Part shown: positions 63,622 through 64,000 of the stretch, in pieces
Layout of the letters: the number at the start of each line of letters is the position of its first letter
Numbering within the stretch: position 1 is the first letter of the stretch
Virus record (IMG/VR): IMGVR_UViG_3300045988_184160
Location: 1-64,000 of that record
Length of the DNA: 64,000 nt
Reading direction: 5' to 3' (one strand)
Origin: a virus
Position numbers and translations under genes: made by a program
The notes under the pieces: model-generated
Told to the model about the DNA's origin: nothing
Databases searched by the model: none
What the model saw: only the letters and a program-made list of their open reading frames with translations

Positions 63622-64000
63622 GTGAATAACAGTCATTACATTGGGTGGGTTTCAAAAGGTTTTTACGAGAGCTACCGGAACCATTATGAAGCTATCAAAA
63701 CTTTCTTACTTAATGAGGCTAGTATTGAACTGAACATCATTGACGACAGCGTTTTAAGCTCAGTGGCGCGCACTACTATACTCAGCCTTGACTCTGACAC
63801 GGTTCTAGTGGTTTTCACCGATGCAGAAAAAGCAGATGGGCGGCAGATTTACGGCAACTCCCTATACAAAAGCCAAATCTTTTACTCCGTCCCCTCCAAC
63901 GAGAGTGACGGCATACCAGCCCTAGTAAAAATTATTCACGGGCTTGTGAACAGCGCTCGCGTGAATGTGGAAGATATAGAGAATCTTTTTGAGGTTCATA
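63622..64000 (+). CDS. hypothetical protein, 5' part only (runs off the window)
   Basis: GTG at 63622 with AGGGGAA RBS. Open frame for 126 codons to the window end. Not in the ORF track, presumably because it has no stop codon within the window. Confidence 0.5.
   Translation, partial: MNNSHYIGWVSKGFYESYRNHYEAIKTFLLNEASIELNIIDDSVLSSVARTTILSLDSDTVLVVFTDAEKADGRQIYGNSLYKSQIFYSVPSNESDGIPALVKIIHGLVNSARVNVEDIENLFEVH

Noticed and set aside
1-64000. Alternative genetic code or stop-codon reassignment
   Set aside because: Long uninterrupted ORFs with conserved enzymes (ThyA, DnaN, helicase) terminate at normal positions under the standard code, and coding density is already very high. The atypical tRNA has nominal anticodon UAA, which does not pair with any stop codon.

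Overview
This 64-kb window looks like part of a large mobile or extrachromosomal element (megaplasmid, phage-plasmid or jumbo-phage-like). I see no rRNA, ribosomal-protein or central-metabolism genes, and also no recognisable capsid, tail, terminase or integrase gene. It is densely coding, mostly on the + strand, uses the standard code and has many GTG/TTG starts. (1) DNA and nucleotide metabolism: a DnaN-type sliding clamp plus a second, very divergent clamp-like ORF, a DEDDh (DnaQ-like) exonuclease, a thyA-folA pair, HU, a UvrD/PcrA-like SF1 helicase, a DHH/DHHA1 (RecJ-like) phosphoesterase, a calcineurin-type metallophosphoesterase, a ParB-like+HNH fusion, and an SbcCD/Rad50-Mre11-like operon whose ATPase is split into two ORFs. 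(2) An actin-like (ParM/Alp) ATPase. (3) A roughly 12-kb cell-envelope block (27.8-39.7 kb) with membrane proteins, two Tat-signal proteins and two wall-hydrolase-like proteins that share a C-terminal membrane module. (4) A 1517-aa protein with an FtsK/HerA-like P-loop segment. (5) Five clear tRNA genes (Met, Phe, Pro, Thr, Arg) plus one atypical and one degenerate tRNA-like gene, scattered between protein genes. (6) Four TnpB-type genes from three lineages: one edge fragment, one solo intact copy, one disrupted copy inside an IS607-type tnpA-tnpB unit, and one unrelated intact copy. The strongest non-genic signals are an array of eight same-orientation TGATGTCAT repeats on a ~21-bp lattice upstream of the helicase gene, a 40-bp palindrome-associated duplication that breaks one tnpB, and a kb-scale alternation of A+C-rich and G+T-rich blocks on one strand, even inside single ORFs. 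About half of the ORFs have no motif I can recognise. All functional calls come from motifs read by eye, with no database search.
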